Sequence record: NC_129898.1
Direction: 5' to 3' (one strand)
DNA: 64,000 nt
Source: a phage
The stretch's first letter is position 1. The number at the start of each line of letters is the position of its first letter. The translations under genes were made by a program, and so were the position numbers. This document shows, in pieces, positions 10,063 to 19,978 of the stretch. Below the pieces are notes generated by a model. The model did no database searches, was not told the DNA's origin, and worked only from the letters and a program-made list of their open reading frames with translations.

Positions 10063-13000
10063 ATGCTTCCAATCCCTTTGCTAAAACTTGGTCGTCATTT
10101 CCTCGATAAGAGGGGTGGAGTTAAGGAACTTGCTGTTCTGTCATACCCAATAGACAACAGTGACGGTACAAGCACTACAGTAGCCTATGTAAATAGCTTA
10201 GCTATACTTTTTGACAATGGTCAGCTTAATATTACGGGTTATAACAAATTCGGGGAGTGTCGCACTGGGGATAGTGACCCTATAAACTACCCTAGCGAAA
10301 CAGCCTGGAATGTTGATCATGTGTGGAGAGCAGACCGTGCGTTTGTGATCCGGACTTTTGATAACCAGTTTTTCTACATCGGCTGCACTGCAGGCCTTAT
10401 CGGGTCAACTGCGGCAGGTGGTAATGATGTTTGCGTAAACGAGTGGACACCTCTTCCTGAACAGATTGTTAAAGGGTTGCACCTTGATACCCACCCAGAG
10501 CGCCTTGTTGAGGTGATGGGCGGTATTAACAACACTATCTGGGTTATTGCAGAGGCAGAAGGCACTGGAATACTGAACCTGTACGGATCGGGTAACAACA
10601 CCTACGGATCTTTGCATGTAGATAAAAACCAGCATGCAACTCCTGTAAAGATTGGTGAAACATCAGAAAATCCTGAAACAGGTCCTTGGAAAAACCCAAG
10701 CATTAACTGCGAGGTGCATGATAACTCTGTTATTTTCGGTGGCCCTAGAGGTTTCTGGATTGCTGGATATGACTTTCTGAGAAATAATAGCAGAAACACT
10801 CTCGTTTGGCCCCCTGCTCAGATTACCCGTGACGATTTGAGGGGCATTCCTACAGATGAGGAGTGGAAAGGGTTCATGTGCGGTCCGAACGGGGCAGTGG
10901 TTGTAACACAAAGAATGCACAGACCTGATGACCAGCAACTTGTTAACGTATTCTACGGGCAAGATGTTTGGGGAGATGATACGTGGCGTGCCTTGAATAT
11001 CACCTACACCCATGAGGTAATAATGGCTCGTGGGTACGGCACAAGTGGCATTTTCTTCAACAATGGTACTAAGCAGTACCGTGGATTCTCTCGCAACTTG
11101 TGTAATGATATTGGTGCACAATCTGCAAACAATAGCCCTAGGGCTAATTTTATCCACTATCAGGCTCTTGCTACAGCTAAATATGTTGAGCAACGCCTGC
11201 CAGTTAGCTGGACAGAGAGTGTTTATTTCCAAGGCATCCACAGGGAAGGTTTCTTAGGAACCTTTACTGTTGTTAATGGCAAACTTTGGTGGTCAGGCAT
11301 CCCAAGAGGAAGTTTTGCAGGTTCTAACAACCTGTTTGGCGGCAGACTTAACAGTCAGGGGTTCACAGAGGTTCCTGAGAATTGGTATAAAAATGTCCCG
11401 GTAGATAGTTGGGGTGTTGAGGATATTTTCGACGTTAACGGTGTTAGCAGCGTTAGCAATATTTACATTGGTGACACGGTCAAGATGAAATTGAAGCCTC
11501 AGCCAGAGGGGGCTACGTTCATTATTGACAAGGTTGAACTGGTAAATGCTGCAGGCACGGTTGTTACAGATGCAAATTACCAATTCTCCACCAACTGGAA
11601 CCACGGTGGGGCCAACGAAGTTATTGTTACTCAGTATAACAGGAATGTTAACAGGCGTGGCCTGTACTCTGTAAAAATAACCTATCATGACAAACATGGT
11701 ACAGGCAGGACCCACACAACAAGGACTTTGAACTGGAACACTATTGTTCCGGCGTATCCGTCTGATGGTAAATGGCATACTGTCGGTAGAAACAAACAGT
11801 TCCATGTTAATGACACTGTATACTTTGGACTGAATGGGGCTCAGCCTGCAGTAGAAGGGGATACATCGTATATGGTCAGACTCCATAGAATGGATGCTGG
11901 ATCAGTAACTTATGATGTTACCCAAGAGATTTATGATCAGCGACGAAATACCTACAATAACTTGGTGCAGACGCAGGCCTTATGGGAGTTCAACCCCAAC
12001 GGCAGAGGTGGTAAAATGCTGCAGATCAACGAACAAAATGGGACATCGTTGACTGTTCACGAACACTCAGACCCGTGGCCTGATCCCGGAAAACCTCACC
12101 CAGGTGCTCGCACACTAAAAATTGTCAGCCATGACGTAGGATATTTCGGAATACGCTGGGAAGCAACGGTAAGATATGCCGACGGGACGACAAACAATAT
12201 AGGGATCACTCTTGGTGGAACCAGTGAGGATAACTCGCTGAAAATTGCCTACACACCCAGAGGCATCTCTATTGATAGTATGGATGTTGTTCGCAACGGT
12301 TACGGGGATGTGAACATCAAAGTTACTCTTGGTGAACATCTTGGCGGGGAAAGGATCATCATGTATGCCTTTGATCATGACCCTCGCACCAATGGAACAT
12401 ATGCAGACCAGGCGTGGAGCTACCTGATAAGCGCACCTGAGCCAAATACTAAAGAATTCTACTACGGTATGAAGCGAGATGTGTGCAAGAAAACAGGGAC
12501 ACATGACTGGATTGCGATCTGTGTTAAAGATGAACGTACCGCTTGGAACGAGCCTGTTAACAGATGGTTCATAGGTATTCCCACCCGAAGTGATAAATAC
12601 GTTGAAGAATATATTGTGTGCATGGGCGGCACCAACCTTAATATGTGTTGGAACGAGGATGCAAACAACAAATACTCTGATTATGACTATATGCGGGACT
12701 ATTCTTGCAATCAGTGGTTTAACCAACCTGGATATGCTGATCGACAGGCAAGAGTGAATCCTGCAATCTTCACAGATACTCAGGTTTTCTTGACAAAACA
12801 GGCTAACGAGGTTCAGACCTTCAAGAACAAATACGATCCTAACAAGTGGTTTTATAACTGTTATGGCGCATTTTTCTGGGGTCCTGGCGAACTACCTAAT
12901 GGAGGATCTTGCTTCGAGGCTGCAACTTACGCCAGTGACAGGTTTATGGGGCAGGTTAAGAAGTACAAGATAATCCCTGGTCCTGAAACTCTGGGCAATG

Positions 13001-15699
13001 CCGTTGACCCTTATATCGTCATGACCGTGCTGAGATCAAACATGGATGGGACATCCATGTCTATGCAAGTTCCAGTAACAAACGGGTACAAACGTGTTGT
13101 GATGATCATTAAGTGCGACTTAATAGGTAAGCAAGTTCTTGCAGAAAACGGAACCTCAACACATTTATTCGAGACTGCTCTGCATTATCAGTTTGCTGAT
13201 TCACCTTTTGCAGGGGATAAGAGAATATCTGATACAGACAATGCTCGATGCAAGAAATTTATGCTTGGTGGTGGATGGTGGTGGTATGAATTTGATTTAA
13301 CAGACAAATTCACCGACACGTCTAAAGTGGTGACAGGGCTTCGTCTAGATCTTGGCGAAAACATGCACAAAAGTGTTTGTGATGGCACCTACGGTGACCC
13401 AACAATCTACTTAAAGTATGTTTCTTTTGAGCACCCAGAGGATGTCGTTTATGGTCCAAAACTGAGACTGTTTGGCAATTGGATTGCTAAAGACAGGGCA
13501 GGTATGGGTAAAAAGGTGAGAGGGTTCTTAGTTGATGCAGGAACAGAAGACATGTTGGTTAATGCAGTGTGGCCTGAATTACCGGGAACTCAGTGGGACA
13601 ATTCTGCTAAGTCTATAAACTGGTTCAATATCCACAGAGCTATGTGGGCAACTAACTGCTATCTGTGGAAAGAGTTGAATGACGGCGCTTTCGGGTTTAC
13701 TGGTGGCAGAAGAATGGCAATCATTTGCTGGACAACGCTGCAGAGATGTTATGACCATGACTACGAGATTGGAGGCAGGGCATGGAAAAATATAAGGGAT
13801 AGAATCATAACTAACTTTGCAGATCCTAACGGTGGCGGGGCGTATGGTTTCGACTGCAGCAGGCTTATCCATTTGAACGGATCTTCGGCCTATAAGAAAG
13901 AAGGCTACTCTGGGTCCATGATTGAATGGGGCTTGGTAAAAGATTCTCGTGTGTTGATGGGTCAGCAACTTGCTGCTGCAATAGGACCGAACGCAGTACA
14001 ATCTGTTAAACCAGCATGGTTCGATATCCCATTATGGTCCTCTGGAACACCAGGAACTGCTGCAATCAACCCTACCACTGGGGATCTGGAAATCTCCTGG
14101 GAGGACCTGAAGCAGGTCGGTGGCTGGGATAAGACAGGGTACCAGGTGCAATGGTGGAGATCTGACGGATCATTGGCGGCTGATGAGTTTGTTAAGGACA
14201 ATTTCTACACCATGTCCTCTGCAAAAGCACAGCAATTGTTTGGTCAGGCCACTCCGTCAACGATCACCATGTCCATGTGCTGTAAAGACACCAGGACTGG
14301 AGCTCTGGGGCCAAGGGTTGCTAAAGTTTTCTCAGGTATTAAATGGAATCTCCCTGTTCAAAGTGTTTCATGGAAGCAAATAGGTGATAACAAGCTGCTG
14401 GTTACCCCAGCTTGTCAGTTCAACGCAACTCTTAACGTTGATCCTGCTGTTGCGGCAAACTCAGCTAAAGCTTCTGACTTCTCTGTGTCTAACACTGCTA
14501 TGGCAGATGTGAGGAAGATTGACACGCTGAACGCCAGAATTACCTGTAAAAACACTTATGGCACATTCCAGATCATCAACAACTTCACAGATGCTGATTC
14601 TAAGGTAGTGAGGACAGCAAGCCAAACTCTGAGTTTAGGAACTCTGGCCTACGCGGCCCTGATCACTGAACAGTCGGCAACACTCCAAGGAGGCGGTGTA
14701 GGCAAGTCCATTGCAACACCTGTGTGGAAGCCAAATGAGTGGGTTGTGTTTGATTTAACTGTGGACTTCTCCAGCGATAATAACTGGACATGGGTAAGGA
14801 ATTGCTTGTCACAACTGATGGGTGGTCCAAACTCCGTTAGTGATAGCCAAGACTCCACTGACCCGAGTGTGTTTCAGGTGGGTAAAACTCACCCAGAAAC
14901 TGGGGCACCGTTGCCTGACAGGAAGTATGCTTTGGTTTGCATCTCTTACGGAAAAGCAGATGTAACCTTCTCAGGGACACACACATATAACGGCACTTAC
15001 AACTTCTCTAAAAAGTACAGCCTCAAGGCAGGTAACATTGTAGACGAGGTTGGTGCGTTGTATAATCCAGGAAACGGGATAGGGATTGTAGGTGGTAAAC
15101 TGCAGATGCAGGAACCTTCTATTACCCCTTCCAACGTAGCCGGGATTAGAAAGACTTGGGAAAGTAGTAATACCAACATTGCAACAGTGGATGCTACCAC
15201 AGGACTAGTAACATTTAAAGCTCCTGGCAATGTCACTATAACGTTTGTAGCTACTGATGATGCAGGGCGCAAAACGTCTTCAACATCTTTTACTGTCAAA
15301 CAGATGACACCACAGTGGAGAATGTGGATAGGTACAGCAACAAACGGGGCATATCCTAATCCGGCAGGGACTTCTGGTATGAAGACTTTCTCTACAAGCA
15401 AGCCGATGGAGTACGGCAGCGGTCCTAAGGTAGGGCAGATGGTGTACTTTGGTGCGTATATTCCTGAAATTATAGGGCTTCCGAGAAGTCAGCTTCAGTT
15501 GCTGTTTGGGGCTGGTGTTGACGATCTTGCCACTTTCGGGTATAGAGACAACATCGATGCTGCAAGGAGTTCAGGATGGGTAGGGTTCAGAATGGAGTCT
15601 GGAAAGGAAGGCAGGATTCTAGGGACAGCCTCTATAGGTGTTATGTTCCCTGGTGACCAGCAGTATCGTCTAGAAGCCTACGCAACCTTTTCTCGTTAA
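10063..15699 (+). CDS. giant virion protein with Big_2 (bacterial Ig-like) domain, putative tail fibre/adhesin
   Basis: 1878-aa uninterrupted ORF; near the C-terminus the segment ITPSNVAGIRKTWESSNTNIATVDATTGLVTFKAPGNVTITFVATDDAGRKTSSTSFTVK resembles a Big_2 domain. Confidence 0.75.
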   Translation: MLPIPLLKLGRHFLDKRGGVKELAVLSYPIDNSDGTSTTVAYVNSLAILFDNGQLNITGYNKFGECRTGDSDPINYPSETAWNVDHVWRADRAFVIRTFDNQFFYIGCTAGLIGSTAAGGNDVCVNEWTPLPEQIVKGLHLDTHPERLVEVMGGINNTIWVIAEAEGTGILNLYGSGNNTYGSLHVDKNQHATPVKIGETSENPETGPWKNPSINCEVHDNSVIFGGPRGFWIAGYDFLRNNSRNTLVWPPAQITRDDLRGIPTDEEWKGFMCGPNGAVVVTQRMHRPDDQQLVNVFYGQDVWGDDTWRALNITYTHEVIMARGYGTSGIFFNNGTKQYRGFSRNLCNDIGAQSANNSPRANFIHYQALATAKYVEQRLPVSWTESVYFQGIHREGFLGTFTVVNGKLWWSGIPRGSFAGSNNLFGGRLNSQGFTEVPENWYKNVPVDSWGVEDIFDVNGVSSVSNIYIGDTVKMKLKPQPEGATFIIDKVELVNAAGTVVTDANYQFSTNWNHGGANEVIVTQYNRNVNRRGLYSVKITYHDKHGTGRTHTTRTLNWNTIVPAYPSDGKWHTVGRNKQFHVNDTVYFGLNGAQPAVEGDTSYMVRLHRMDAGSVTYDVTQEIYDQRRNTYNNLVQTQALWEFNPNGRGGKMLQINEQNGTSLTVHEHSDPWPDPGKPHPGARTLKIVSHDVGYFGIRWEATVRYADGTTNNIGITLGGTSEDNSLKIAYTPRGISIDSMDVVRNGYGDVNIKVTLGEHLGGERIIMYAFDHDPRTNGTYADQAWSYLISAPEPNTKEFYYGMKRDVCKKTGTHDWIAICVKDERTAWNEPVNRWFIGIPTRSDKYVEEYIVCMGGTNLNMCWNEDANNKYSDYDYMRDYSCNQWFNQPGYADRQARVNPAIFTDTQVFLTKQANEVQTFKNKYDPNKWFYNCYGAFFWGPGELPNGGSCFEAATYASDRFMGQVKKYKIIPGPETLGNAVDPYIVMTVLRSNMDGTSMSMQVPVTNGYKRVVMIIKCDLIGKQVLAENGTSTHLFETALHYQFADSPFAGDKRISDTDNARCKKFMLGGGWWWYEFDLTDKFTDTSKVVTGLRLDLGENMHKSVCDGTYGDPTIYLKYVSFEHPEDVVYGPKLRLFGNWIAKDRAGMGKKVRGFLVDAGTEDMLVNAVWPELPGTQWDNSAKSINWFNIHRAMWATNCYLWKELNDGAFGFTGGRRMAIICWTTLQRCYDHDYEIGGRAWKNIRDRIITNFADPNGGGAYGFDCSRLIHLNGSSAYKKEGYSGSMIEWGLVKDSRVLMGQQLAAAIGPNAVQSVKPAWFDIPLWSSGTPGTAAINPTTGDLEISWEDLKQVGGWDKTGYQVQWWRSDGSLAADEFVKDNFYTMSSAKAQQLFGQATPSTITMSMCCKDTRTGALGPRVAKVFSGIKWNLPVQSVSWKQIGDNKLLVTPACQFNATLNVDPAVAANSAKASDFSVSNTAMADVRKIDTLNARITCKNTYGTFQIINNFTDADSKVVRTASQTLSLGTLAYAALITEQSATLQGGGVGKSIATPVWKPNEWVVFDLTVDFSSDNNWTWVRNCLSQLMGGPNSVSDSQDSTDPSVFQVGKTHPETGAPLPDRKYALVCISYGKADVTFSGTHTYNGTYNFSKKYSLKAGNIVDEVGALYNPGNGIGIVGGKLQMQEPSITPSNVAGIRKTWESSNTNIATVDATTGLVTFKAPGNVTITFVATDDAGRKTSSTSFTVKQMTPQWRMWIGTATNGAYPNPAGTSGMKTFSTSKPMEYGSGPKVGQMVYFGAYIPEIIGLPRSQLQLLFGAGVDDLATFGYRDNIDAARSSGWVGFRMESGKEGRILGTASIGVMFPGDQQYRLEAYATFSR

Positions 15700-15710
15700 C
15701 AAGGGGGTAA

Positions 15711-15745
15711 ATAAAAAAGGGGCCAAACGGCCCCTTTCTTTTTAT
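15711..15745. terminator. bidirectional rho-independent terminator between convergent operons
   Basis: Hairpin aaaaggggcc-aaac-ggcccctttt with A- and T-tracts on both sides. Confidence 0.75.
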
Positions 15746-15747
15746 AG

Positions 15748-15948
15748 TTAGTAATACTCCCAACATGCCCCATCTTCAGACGGCTTGACGCGCTTACCTT
15801 TATGGTCAACATAGGTATAGCCACAACCTTCACAAATAACAGGTGCTGCATAGCCTTCCTTCCACTGATCCTCAGTGATCAGACCTTCCAAATCTTTGCA
15901 GTCAAAGCCAAACAACTCTTCAGAGCAATCTTTACAAAAATCAGCCAT
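15748..15948 (-). CDS. small zinc-ribbon-like protein
   Basis: 66 aa with CxxC pairs (CKDC and CEGC). Confidence 0.5.
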   Translation of the reverse strand: MADFCKDCSEELFGFDCKDLEGLITEDQWKEGYAAPVICEGCGYTYVDHKGKRVKPSEDGACWEYY

Positions 15949-15951
15949 TTC

Positions 15952-16434
15952 TCAGTCCTCGCATTTAACAAATTTTTCTACAGATCCGCCAAGCACAGCT
16001 TGTTGCTTGATGGCACTTCCTTCATCATAGTGGATAGATTTATGCTCCGTTCCACCAAACTTCCCTGTGTGGAAGGTGTGCACCCAAATCTCTTTGGGAA
16101 GGGATTTATTCTCTTCTCCCACCAATTCCCACATACCCCACAAGTGATCTGTGATATCTCTGATGAAATATCCCTCACCGAGGTTTGTATTCACACTATA
16201 GGCCGATTCGTGATCTCCGTGAGTATAACGGAAGGCAGTGTACTCTTTCCCCGGTGTGAAGTGGGTATCCATCAGTATAGCTGTTAGAGAATTAGGGTCT
16301 CGAAAGCCCAAGAACTTTAGTTTAACAATTTCTACGTTTACACTTGCAAGATTATCCATGACAATCTCCTCTGTTGGGTTGGTGAGATAATCATATATAA
16401 ATCTGGTGTTAGTGTCAAGCTTAATTTTAAGCAA
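15952..16434 (-). CDS. hypothetical protein
   Basis: 160-aa ORF; several His/Asp residues but no motif assigned confidently. Confidence 0.5.
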   Translation of the reverse strand: MLKIKLDTNTRFIYDYLTNPTEEIVMDNLASVNVEIVKLKFLGFRDPNSLTAILMDTHFTPGKEYTAFRYTHGDHESAYSVNTNLGEGYFIRDITDHLWGMWELVGEENKSLPKEIWVHTFHTGKFGGTEHKSIHYDEGSAIKQQAVLGGSVEKFVKCED

Positions 16435-16522
16435 TTTGAGAGGGTATTTTATTCAGAAGGGTAATCGCACATAGGTAGGAAGTTTATGAAGGCACAGGCC
16501 TCGTTTGAGGCCTTAAAATCGA

Positions 16523-16975
16523 TTATGACACTTTGACGTAGCGCTCTGACAAAGCTGGAAAGCCAACAGCAGTACCTATGCTGCCGTATGCTATCCACCA
16601 TTGAAGTTCATCGTGACACCATTTTCCGATCAGAAAGGTGCTGGGGTAGCGAGTCAGTATTTTGGCATAAGCTTTAGGGTCTGCATCCTCTGGGATAATG
16701 ATGCTTGGAGCATCTTTGTTATGACCACAGCAGCAGTTTATAGTTTTCAATCCTGCCGCCCATAGACTCATGATAGGCTTAGCCATGCACTTATCAAGGC
16801 ACACACGTTTTTTTGCCGTCACGGAGCTTTTTAGGCACATCAACGATAACATTTGGATGCTTGGCACCTTTAACTTTCCAATTATAGGATTTACACTTGC
16901 ACATTTAATCAGTCTCCATTTAGAAATACACACTATTACGTTTTTGAGGCATACCTTACTTAAAGTCTTTGTCAC
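16523..16975 (-). CDS. hypothetical protein (start uncertain, possibly internal)
   Basis: 150-aa ORF; N-terminal part is low complexity, C-terminal part is protein-like. Confidence 0.35.
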   Translation of the reverse strand: MTKTLSKVCLKNVIVCISKWRLIKCASVNPIIGKLKVPSIQMLSLMCLKSSVTAKKRVCLDKCMAKPIMSLWAAGLKTINCCCGHNKDAPSIIIPEDADPKAYAKILTRYPSTFLIGKWCHDELQWWIAYGSIGTAVGFPALSERYVKVS

Positions 16976-17126
16976 CTATTACGATTGCACGAATCCACTC
17001 ATTGTGATGCTTAATGGCGGTAAGGTGTAACATAATGTAGTGATTGTCATTACCAAACACGGCGCGATAAGCTTTAGCAGCACCATGGTATAACTTCCAC
17101 ATCAAGTAATGGTATCTTCGTTTCAT
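16956..17126 (-). CDS. small hypothetical protein (56 aa)
   Basis: ATG overlaps the upstream stop (ATGA); below the ORF-track size cut-off; found by manual translation. Confidence 0.3.
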   Translation of the reverse strand: MKRRYHYLMWKLYHGAAKAYRAVFGNDNHYIMLHLTAIKHHNEWIRAIVIGDKDFK

Positions 17127-17602
17127 GGCTCTTTCTCCGGTTCAGGGTCTGGGTAATCTTCAATAATAAAGGGCCATCCATTACGCTTAGCGTCAGACTT
17201 ATACTCAATTTCCTTCATTGCAAATTCTAGCTGATTCTTAGCTGGAATGCAAGCTGGAGAATCATCAACCCAGATGTCCGGGTAGATATCAAACTGAGCC
17301 AGATAAGCGGCCTTCTGAACACCTACAGTATAAAACACTCCAACATCAAGCTCCTTGCGCCAGTATTCAATGTCCACATTATCTTGAGTGATGAACCGAA
17401 AAGTCACAAGGTAGACTGTCCACCCTTCCTTCTTCAGGTCCTTAATCAAGCGGGAGAAGATGAAAGGGCTCGCATTAAACGTTCCATCAAAGTCAATGGC
17501 GATGATATGCGTGCCGTGGCGAGTCTCATATGGATTGCTCGTGGTAAGATTGCTGTAGTTAAAAGGCACTTCTTCCCCGCAGTAGCTGTAGTCCATATTC
17601 AC
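17123..17602 (-). CDS. HAD-superfamily phosphatase
   Basis: HAD motif I IIAIDFDGTF (DxDGT) and a downstream WVDD acidic motif. Confidence 0.65.
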   Translation of the reverse strand: MNMDYSYCGEEVPFNYSNLTTSNPYETRHGTHIIAIDFDGTFNASPFIFSRLIKDLKKEGWTVYLVTFRFITQDNVDIEYWRKELDVGVFYTVGVQKAAYLAQFDIYPDIWVDDSPACIPAKNQLEFAMKEIEYKSDAKRNGWPFIIEDYPDPEPEKEP

Positions 17603-17874
17603 ACCTTCTCGTTGATAAATTTACGGGCGGTTTGGTGAGTTGTTTCCGCTGTCTTCAGGATAATATCGATCTTGTTGTCAAGATCCGCCATTTCAGCAGT
17701 AAGCTCAGGAATCTCTCCGGCATGCATGGTGAAATCATACATAGGCATGCCAAGAATCTCATTGATGCGGCGGTTGCATTCTGCAGCACGCTGGTTCATT
17801 TTCCACGCTAACACCAAAGCCTCCTGTGTGGCTTCTAATGCAAAGTCTAATACGTCGGCCTCTTCTTTCGTCAT
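17599..17874 (-). CDS. hypothetical protein
   Basis: 91-aa ORF coupled to neighbours. Confidence 0.5.
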   Translation of the reverse strand: MTKEEADVLDFALEATQEALVLAWKMNQRAAECNRRINEILGMPMYDFTMHAGEIPELTAEMADLDNKIDIILKTAETTHQTARKFINEKV

Positions 17875-17929
17875 CTCAGTCTCTCCTGTTTATTGTTGAT
17901 AGGTGCATGAATACCTTATAACTAACTCT

Positions 17930-18496
17930 TTATTCAAATTGCAATAGCAAGTCCACCACCGCGCTAGGTCTGTCAACAAACTCACCAGGTCCACATGCCC
18001 ACAGAGGGTATCCGTCCACATACCTCCATATCCAACCTGAAGTGTGGAGCTCAAGAAGGGCAGTGCCGTCCTTACTGTCAACCACTCTTTCCCACAGTGT
18101 TGGGCAGCGAAGCTTGAGGATCGGATCCCCGCCCTTATACCCATCCATGTAGATACCCATTGCAAAGTTCAGCATCATCTTTTTGTGCACTGACCTCTTG
18201 CTGAGGGTGCTCATCACTTCCTCTTTGTGGATGTTTGTAAGCTTCTCCTTGGCTACCCGCAGATCGTTGCAGCCATTGCTCAGAAGATCTTCCAGACACT
18301 TGACCCGAAGGTCGTGAATATCTTTGTCGTGCACCGTTGGTACAGGGTCGTAGCGATATAGCACTGTTGATACAAGGTTGCTAGGGTGTGGGTCTGACAG
18401 CAACCCATAACCCCAATACTCTTCTGTATCTGAAAGGACAAGACACCCAATATCTCTATCAAGCTTTCCTGTGTTGTAAGCCACATTGACCGCCAT
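17930..18496 (-). CDS. hypothetical protein
   Basis: 188-aa ORF. Confidence 0.5.
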   Translation of the reverse strand: MAVNVAYNTGKLDRDIGCLVLSDTEEYWGYGLLSDPHPSNLVSTVLYRYDPVPTVHDKDIHDLRVKCLEDLLSNGCNDLRVAKEKLTNIHKEEVMSTLSKRSVHKKMMLNFAMGIYMDGYKGGDPILKLRCPTLWERVVDSKDGTALLELHTSGWIWRYVDGYPLWACGPGEFVDRPSAVVDLLLQFE

Positions 18497-18498
18497 AA

Positions 18499-18744
18499 TT
18501 ATAGCTCCACTAGCAAAGTGCTTTCAAAATGCCTCTCATGCAGACCGCTATAAGGAACCACTTCCACAACACCGTCTCGGATATATGGAGTCATCATGGC
18601 AACATAATCACCGAATGGGTTGGCATTATCACTAACCACAACCACATGCTGCCCCTCCTTGGCAGAGTGCCAGATAGATCTGCATTTCATCATGTGTTCG
18701 AGAGCGCCAGGTAAAATCTTGTTACGTTCTTTACGGGTCTTCAT
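18499..18744 (-). CDS. hypothetical protein
   Basis: 81-aa ORF. Confidence 0.45.
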   Translation of the reverse strand: MKTRKERNKILPGALEHMMKCRSIWHSAKEGQHVVVVSDNANPFGDYVAMMTPYIRDGVVEVVPYSGLHERHFESTLLVEL

Positions 18745-19190
18745 AACAGGTATAGCTCCTTATGAAAGTGGGCTTTCAATTTCTCACCGAGAAACTTCTT
18801 GATACCTTCCTCTAAGGTGTTTTCGATGTAGTCCAGCTTAACTGCTTCGATGGACATATCATAGATCGCCAGCTCTAAGCTGTCAAGTCCCATCATAGCA
18901 TGAACCATAAGATTTTCATCTTCAGATACATTCAGGGGACTGCCTATAACATCCGTGGGCAGAATAGTTTCCCAATTATTCTGGGTGGTAGATCTCTCGC
19001 CATCCACCTTACGTCGCAGCTCGAAGGTGTTTTTAGTGTAAAACACTTCATAAGAAACGATACGACTGTCGCTCTCGTAATAAACGAAGTTCAGGTAGGA
19101 GCCGAGCCGTAGTCGGCAAACTTCTACTCCAAACCATTGTTTCTTATAAGAATTCAGGCTGATGCTTTCGCATTCACGTTTGCTCAACAC
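18741..19190 (-). CDS. hypothetical protein
   Basis: 149-aa ORF; start overlaps the upstream stop. Confidence 0.5.
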   Translation of the reverse strand: MLSKRECESISLNSYKKQWFGVEVCRLRLGSYLNFVYYESDSRIVSYEVFYTKNTFELRRKVDGERSTTQNNWETILPTDVIGSPLNVSEDENLMVHAMMGLDSLELAIYDMSIEAVKLDYIENTLEEGIKKFLGEKLKAHFHKELYLL

Positions 19191-19207
19191 GGCTCTCTCT
19201 CCTTTTG

Positions 19208-19477
19208 TTAATCTTCGTAAATCAGGATCTCTGCTTTAGGTTTTCGTGCTTTCAGGTCCAGCTCTATCCAGTGCACCACAGCTGTTTCAAGAAAAACAGC
19301 CTGTATACATCCGTCTTCAGCGTGTCCTACCAACATAACAAGATCTTCACCTTCGTCATCTTCATCACGAACATACAGAATCTCTCCGGGTTCAAAATCT
19401 TTCACAGTTTGATTGTTGGACAACTTACGAATTCTTGCCATATTAGAAACCCTCCACGAAGCTCTTGTAGAAAACAA
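19208..19477 (-). CDS. hypothetical protein
   Basis: 89-aa ORF. Confidence 0.45.
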   Translation of the reverse strand: MFSTRASWRVSNMARIRKLSNNQTVKDFEPGEILYVRDEDDEGEDLVMLVGHAEDGCIQAVFLETAVVHWIELDLKARKPKAEILIYED

Positions 19478-19706
19478 TCTCAGTATCTACACCAGTCACG
19501 ATCTTGTCGTTCCTGATTTCATCTGTAAGATAGGTGTCAAAACGCAGAACCTGTGTGGTGTTGTCACACATCCACTCGGCTGTGACCATGGCGAAAATCT
19601 TAGCATCCTCATTGTCCGGTGTGAATGTTACCACCTCACCGCATTTAAACTTTTCGATAGGTTGCGTGTTAGCTTTCGGTTCTGCAATGGTGATTTTTGT
19701 GGTCAT
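19443..19706 (-). CDS. hypothetical protein
   Basis: 87-aa ORF. Confidence 0.45.
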   Translation of the reverse strand: MTTKITIAEPKANTQPIEKFKCGEVVTFTPDNEDAKIFAMVTAEWMCDNTTQVLRFDTYLTDEIRNDKIVTGVDTEIVFYKSFVEGF

Positions 19707-19972
19707 TGCTCTTCCTCCATAGTTTCACCAAATACTTCGATACGAGCGTCAAGCTCTGTTGCTTTCAGTTCTCCAACAAAATCTTTCAGTTCTTTCTCGT
19801 CAAGATCATATGCCCACACACAAGATGAGCATGCAGATTTCACGATTAGCAGTGTAGATACACGTCCTGACTCTGTAATCATGCTCACAATGGTTCCTAC
19901 AGGGAACGTGTTGATAGCTTTTTTAACTGGGCGTTCAGCCTTAATTACTACTTCTGTTGCCATAAATAACAT
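19703..19972 (-). CDS. hypothetical protein
   Basis: 89-aa ORF. Confidence 0.45.
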   Translation of the reverse strand: MLFMATEVVIKAERPVKKAINTFPVGTIVSMITESGRVSTLLIVKSACSSCVWAYDLDEKELKDFVGELKATELDARIEVFGETMEEEQ

Positions 19973-19978
19973 CCTCTC

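Noticed and set aside
4962-15401. Numerous 60-200 aa antisense or out-of-frame ORFs inside the long structural genes
   Set aside because: Fully nested within much longer ORFs that have motifs and coupling; typical six-frame noise.
16770-17030. Plus-strand 86-aa ORF antisense to the minus-strand block
   Set aside because: It runs against the local transcription direction and overlaps minus-strand ORFs that have overlapping-stop coupling; the translation is low complexity.
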